Origin: Paragordius varius
Taxonomy: Eukaryota > Animalia > Nematomorpha
Reading direction: 5' to 3'
DNA: 64,000 bases
Assembly (NCBI GenBank): GCA_964247055.1
Contig: OZ176052.1
Coordinates: forward strand, 6,572,001-6,636,000
Shown: in pieces, positions 60,104-64,000 of the stretch
How the letters are laid out: each line of letters opens with the position of its first letter
Position numbering within the stretch: position 1 is the stretch's first letter
The notes under the pieces: model-generated
What the model was told of the DNA's origin: nothing
Seen by the model: only the letters and a program-made list of their open reading frames with translations
Database searches by the model: none
Program-made: the position numbers and the translations under genes

Positions 60104-63060
60104 TAATGTTAAAAGAAAAACACGATTTTTGAATTTTTAATAAAAACCCCAACTATATGATTTTAGCCATTTATAAATTGTAAATATCTGATGAAATGAT
60201 ATTTAATCTTAAGATCTCAAGTTTTATCATTATTTTTTAGTAATCCTTAATTATCCTTAATTTCACTTTCTGCCCAATTTCGATTTTCTCTCAATATTTC
60301 AAAGTACATCGCTAAAAACAAATATTTTTGAGGCAAATAAATTCGGGGAAAAAATTTGTTAAATTACCTTTTTTCCACACACTGTTGTGTATTTCAATGT
60401 TGAAAGTTTTTTCAAGTAATCTTTTTAAAATCATAGGCATCATTGTTTATAAAGCTTTCTATACACTGAATCTAAAAATAATATGTGATTTTTTTTCGTA
60501 TCATATGTGTTATAATAACACTAGAGAGAGTAGTCGATTTATGTCGATTTTTTATATAATATATTATTATTGGGAAAATTTGAAAAAAAAACATATTAAA
60601 GCTACCAATTTTAATAAAAAAGCTGTTATTTATGTTTCCAAATTATTTTGAAAATATAAGATTGTTAATATAAAGAAAATGTAACAACCAGGTAACATCT
60701 TGTCTATTAGTATTCTCGAGAAACAATAAGCTGTTTTTAAAAACAAATCAGAAACAAAAACGTTTATTTTTTGGCTTTTGAAGACAGTACAGTAAGATCT
60801 TTTACAGCGCAAGAAGTATATAGGGATTATAAATCAGAACCATGGTGTCTAGTTTGCAGTCAAATTAAAACTCATAACAGTTTTTAAATTTACAATTCAA
60901 AATAATAGTTTACAGCAAAATATTTTAACTTTCAATTTTGTAGCATTTCAACCACATTATATAAAGATTAATATATGATCAGGTTTTATGATATTAAAAA
61001 AAATGAAAATAAAAGTCATTTGAACAACAAAAAAGGGCTTGAAACGCATATTTTCTAAAATAATTAAATGGAACCCAGAGACAAAAATGTTATCAGGACT
61101 GATACTGAACCCAAGAACGATTCCGATTCCCATCCTTAATAATTTTTCAGGTAAAAACATCCATACCCCTTAATAAGGTTTTTTTTAAAAACTATAAATA
61201 TTCAATTAATTTATCTATATTATGAAAATTTAAAAATAAACATGAACGCGGCTATACAACTGACGTTGCCTCAACTATCGTGGAGGGAAAATATATATTT
61301 TTTAAATGTCTAAGCGTCGTATAAAGTTTTTTAATAAGGGTTGATGATAACTACTGCTGTGGGCTAATCTTAATATTTTATTTGAATAACAACTATAAAA
61401 TAAATGCTAAAGTAAAACAAATTGGAACATTTATATTGATCAATTATATTGGTGTTCTATTATTAATTTTTTATGTGCGGCTCACGGTATTTTTCAGGAT
61501 TTAAGTTGGACACCCCTGTTTTACAATTTTCTATTTGACAAATTTTCTTAGAGCACCTATTTATCCAAATTATTTGATCAAAATCATGACATTTTAATCT
61601 TTTAGATTAGTAATGGACTTTTTCGACCTCTAAAATATTTAGTAGCATCTAAACCTGTTAGCTATCTCAATGGGATTTAACATATAATGCCATACATATA
61701 TTTGCTAAAAAATACTATAAATAATTAATAAAGGTAATTACTAAGCTCAAATTATTTGATCACATTAAACTTTTTTTACCAAAATTTGATTTTGATAAAA
61801 TATTACAATAAGTAGTTTGTAATTAATAATCTAATCAAATATAGTGTATATTTCAAAATAATGAAATGAATGAAACTTTAAAACACTAACTCATTTTGCT
61901 GAAAATAATACTCGTAATGATAATTCGAAGTAAAATAATAATTGTCAAGGGAATAAAATAAATGATAAATATGTGTTTTAAAATATGAAAAACAACATTT
62001 TTTTAAAGTTTGTACAAATTATAATTAAGTGTTTTTTGGCTAAAAATATATAAGGTGTTTAACCCCTTTCCATTTTGTTCACTTAGGATTAAGTATTTTG
62101 ACTCCTCTGAAATAAAACACAAATGTAACACAAAAAACAGATTTAATATCTCAAGAAGTGAATTAAAAAGGAATATTTAATTTAGCCTAGCCTATCCTTC
62201 TTAACAACGATGAGTCTATCAGAGTCTGTCTATCCTACCACAATTCAAAATACATAATTCATGTTTTAAAATTTAATTAAAAGTATGTATAAATGTAGTG
62301 TATATATAAGAATTAACTTAAAATAATATTTATATCGATCCAAAAAATCTTGCACAAATTCACGGGATGAGGTGTAAAAGAATAGTTACTAAAATTAAAA
62401 ATAATTTACCGATAACTATTTTAAAATATATTAAAAAAACAGGAAATTATAGTGAAGGTATTCCAATTCAAATACTTATAATGTATATGTATATATATAT
62501 CAAGGAAATTTAATATTTTAGACACACCAGTACCCTAAAATGGACGATTAAAAATCAATTAAATTAATAGCATTCTATCCCAGACCATATAATGTGTGTC
62601 TAGTTGTTAATACAATCGTTTTTGTATTTTTACCAATTTATTAATACATCTTCATAGTAAGAATGTTTTTAATAGCGAACCATTGATTAACAGATTTAAT
62701 ATTAAAATAAAAAACTAAAACTGTTTTCTACTATAATGATGTCCTTCTTCAAATACATTCAGTAACATAAGTTTATCCTTTATTGTATTACAGTTATTTC
62801 ATTAATTTTGCATCGATTATTTTATGGTAAAAGATTTACAGTCTTTTGCGTGTGTTAATATACTTATTTGTTCTAATAAAATCCATAACAAAAAAGTATT
62901 TACATGCATCATAGAGACAATTACCTAGTATATATATTGATTTTCCTCAGAACGATCTTGGTAAAATAAATTTATTTTAAAGATAAACCTATCGCAATAA
63001 TATTTTCTAGGGATATAGCACTCTAAAAATTACCAAAAAGGAAACTGATAACAAACTTAC

Positions 63061-63876
63061 ATTTGAAAATAGTTTGGATACATTTGGAATTTTGGGGCGC
63101 AAATTTGTAAAATGATTTTTTTTGGATTTAATTGTAGGTTCTAAACTGGTTTTTTTATACGCAACATCCATATAAAAAGGAGCCTTTTCATATTTCAAAT
63201 CTTCCACAGTATCTTCAAGATGGTTCTGAATGAAAGATGAGTTCCTAGACGTATCTCTTTTTTGTGAGTAGTTTAAGTTTTTAGCTAAGACTGCTGTTAT
63301 ATTGGGTTCCACCTCCATGTTTTCTTTTGATAACGGTAACGGACTTGGTTTGTGTCCAAGTTCCTTGGTAACATGTCCATTGAGAATCGGGCGTGATCGT
63401 AGATTATTATGATGAATGATGGAATTATTTTTGGGGGGCATAATTAATGTCGTCAATGTCATTTGGTTTTGTGTTGCTGAACCGTCAATAGAATTTAAAT
63501 GTTTCATTCGTTGCATATTTTTTATCGTCTGCGTTATAATTTCTCTCCCGGGTGGCTCTCGTGTAAACGGTACTTTAGTTTGTTTTTTAATGAGTGTAGA
63601 AAGAATATTTATTCGGGAAGAAGAATCAGCCGAGGCCCAACCTTGACCCCCACTTTCTTCAATATTATTAGGGTCTTCTGCATCATCCACCTCCAAATGA
63701 CCAATCGAGGAATCCATGGGACCCCCATTTACTAAATCATAACCACCGTTTCCAACACCATTATTTGCATCGTTGTGGGAATTTCCAATGAAATGGCTCA
63801 ATCGTTTCCACCGTGAATGATGATATTTATGCTGCGGACTTCCATAAACAATGGGGGGTGCTCGTTGGAACGGCAT
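63061..63876 (-). CDS. probable first coding exon of the erg channel (272 aa, low-complexity, no PAS domain)
   Basis: 816-nt open frame from ATG (MPFQRAPP...) with an in-frame stop upstream. It ends in a perfect phase-0 donor AAT|GTAAGT matching the phase-0 acceptor at 52570. Linkage across the roughly 10-kb intron is inferred. Confidence 0.65.
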
Positions 63877-64000
63877 TGCATTATATATTAGTATACCATT
63901 CCATTTGAAAATAGGACAAAACAATACATACCATTATAAAATATATATAGCGTGATATCGCTTGTTAAATATATGGCGAACGTGAAAAATATTCATGATC

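Larger units (their letters stand above)
58845..60384. mobile_element. Tc1/mariner-like element (family H), longest copy, nested in the hAT
   Basis: TA|CACTGTGTGCAAAAA ... TTTTCCACACACTG with about 150-bp imperfect TIRs. Confidence 0.7.
58739..61518. mobile_element. large decayed Buster-type hAT element carrying nested insertions
   Basis: AAGAGGTGTCCAA ... TTGGACACCCCTG ends. Flanks ATGTACAA / TTTTACAA (6 of 8 identical, nnnTAnnn). Confidence 0.55.

Noticed and set aside
43701-63735. Plus-strand ORFs 43701-43961, 44390-44686, 51221-51427, 63416-63646 and 63499-63735
   Set aside because: These are antisense shadows of channel exons.
1-64000. CRISPR arrays, prokaryotic systems, rRNA, snRNA, SL RNA, telomeric arrays
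   Set aside because: The window is intron-containing animal DNA, and no matching repeats or conserved RNA motifs were seen by eye.

Overview
AT-rich (roughly 70-75% by eye) intron-containing animal DNA, most likely from a protostome invertebrate; the species cannot be determined from the sequence. I reconstructed four protein-coding genes by hand, with exon phases checked at every junction: (1) the 3' part of the 26S proteasome lid subunit PSMD11/Rpn6 (+, 37-1289); (2) an intronless rhodopsin-class peptide GPCR of the CNMamide-receptor-like type with very large intracellular insertions (+, 12176-15217); (3) a complete six-exon Rab27 (-, 27162-22528); (4) an erg/KCNH2-type potassium channel (-, 63876 to about 42966, with further 3' exons possible). 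A tRNA-Pro(AGG) lies antisense inside a Rab27 intron. The rest is dense with non-autonomous DNA transposons (piggyBac-like, Buster- and Ac-type hAT, Tc1/mariner-like MITEs, Helitron-like, a foldback), a decayed Mos1-like mariner and an RTE/BovB-like LINE fragment. The most unusual signal concerns splicing. Rab27 needs a 23-nt GT-AG intron (25733-25755) to restore WDTAGQER|YRSL, in a genome whose other introns here are 64 nt to about 10 kb. Only 8 of 22 inferred donors have G at +5. The channel gene also has a candidate 6-nt microexon, a stop-free 78-nt intron, and an Arg at the position of hERG Gly800 whose first base is the exon-terminal A, a possible A-to-I recoding site. Family assignments come from recalled motifs, not database searches.
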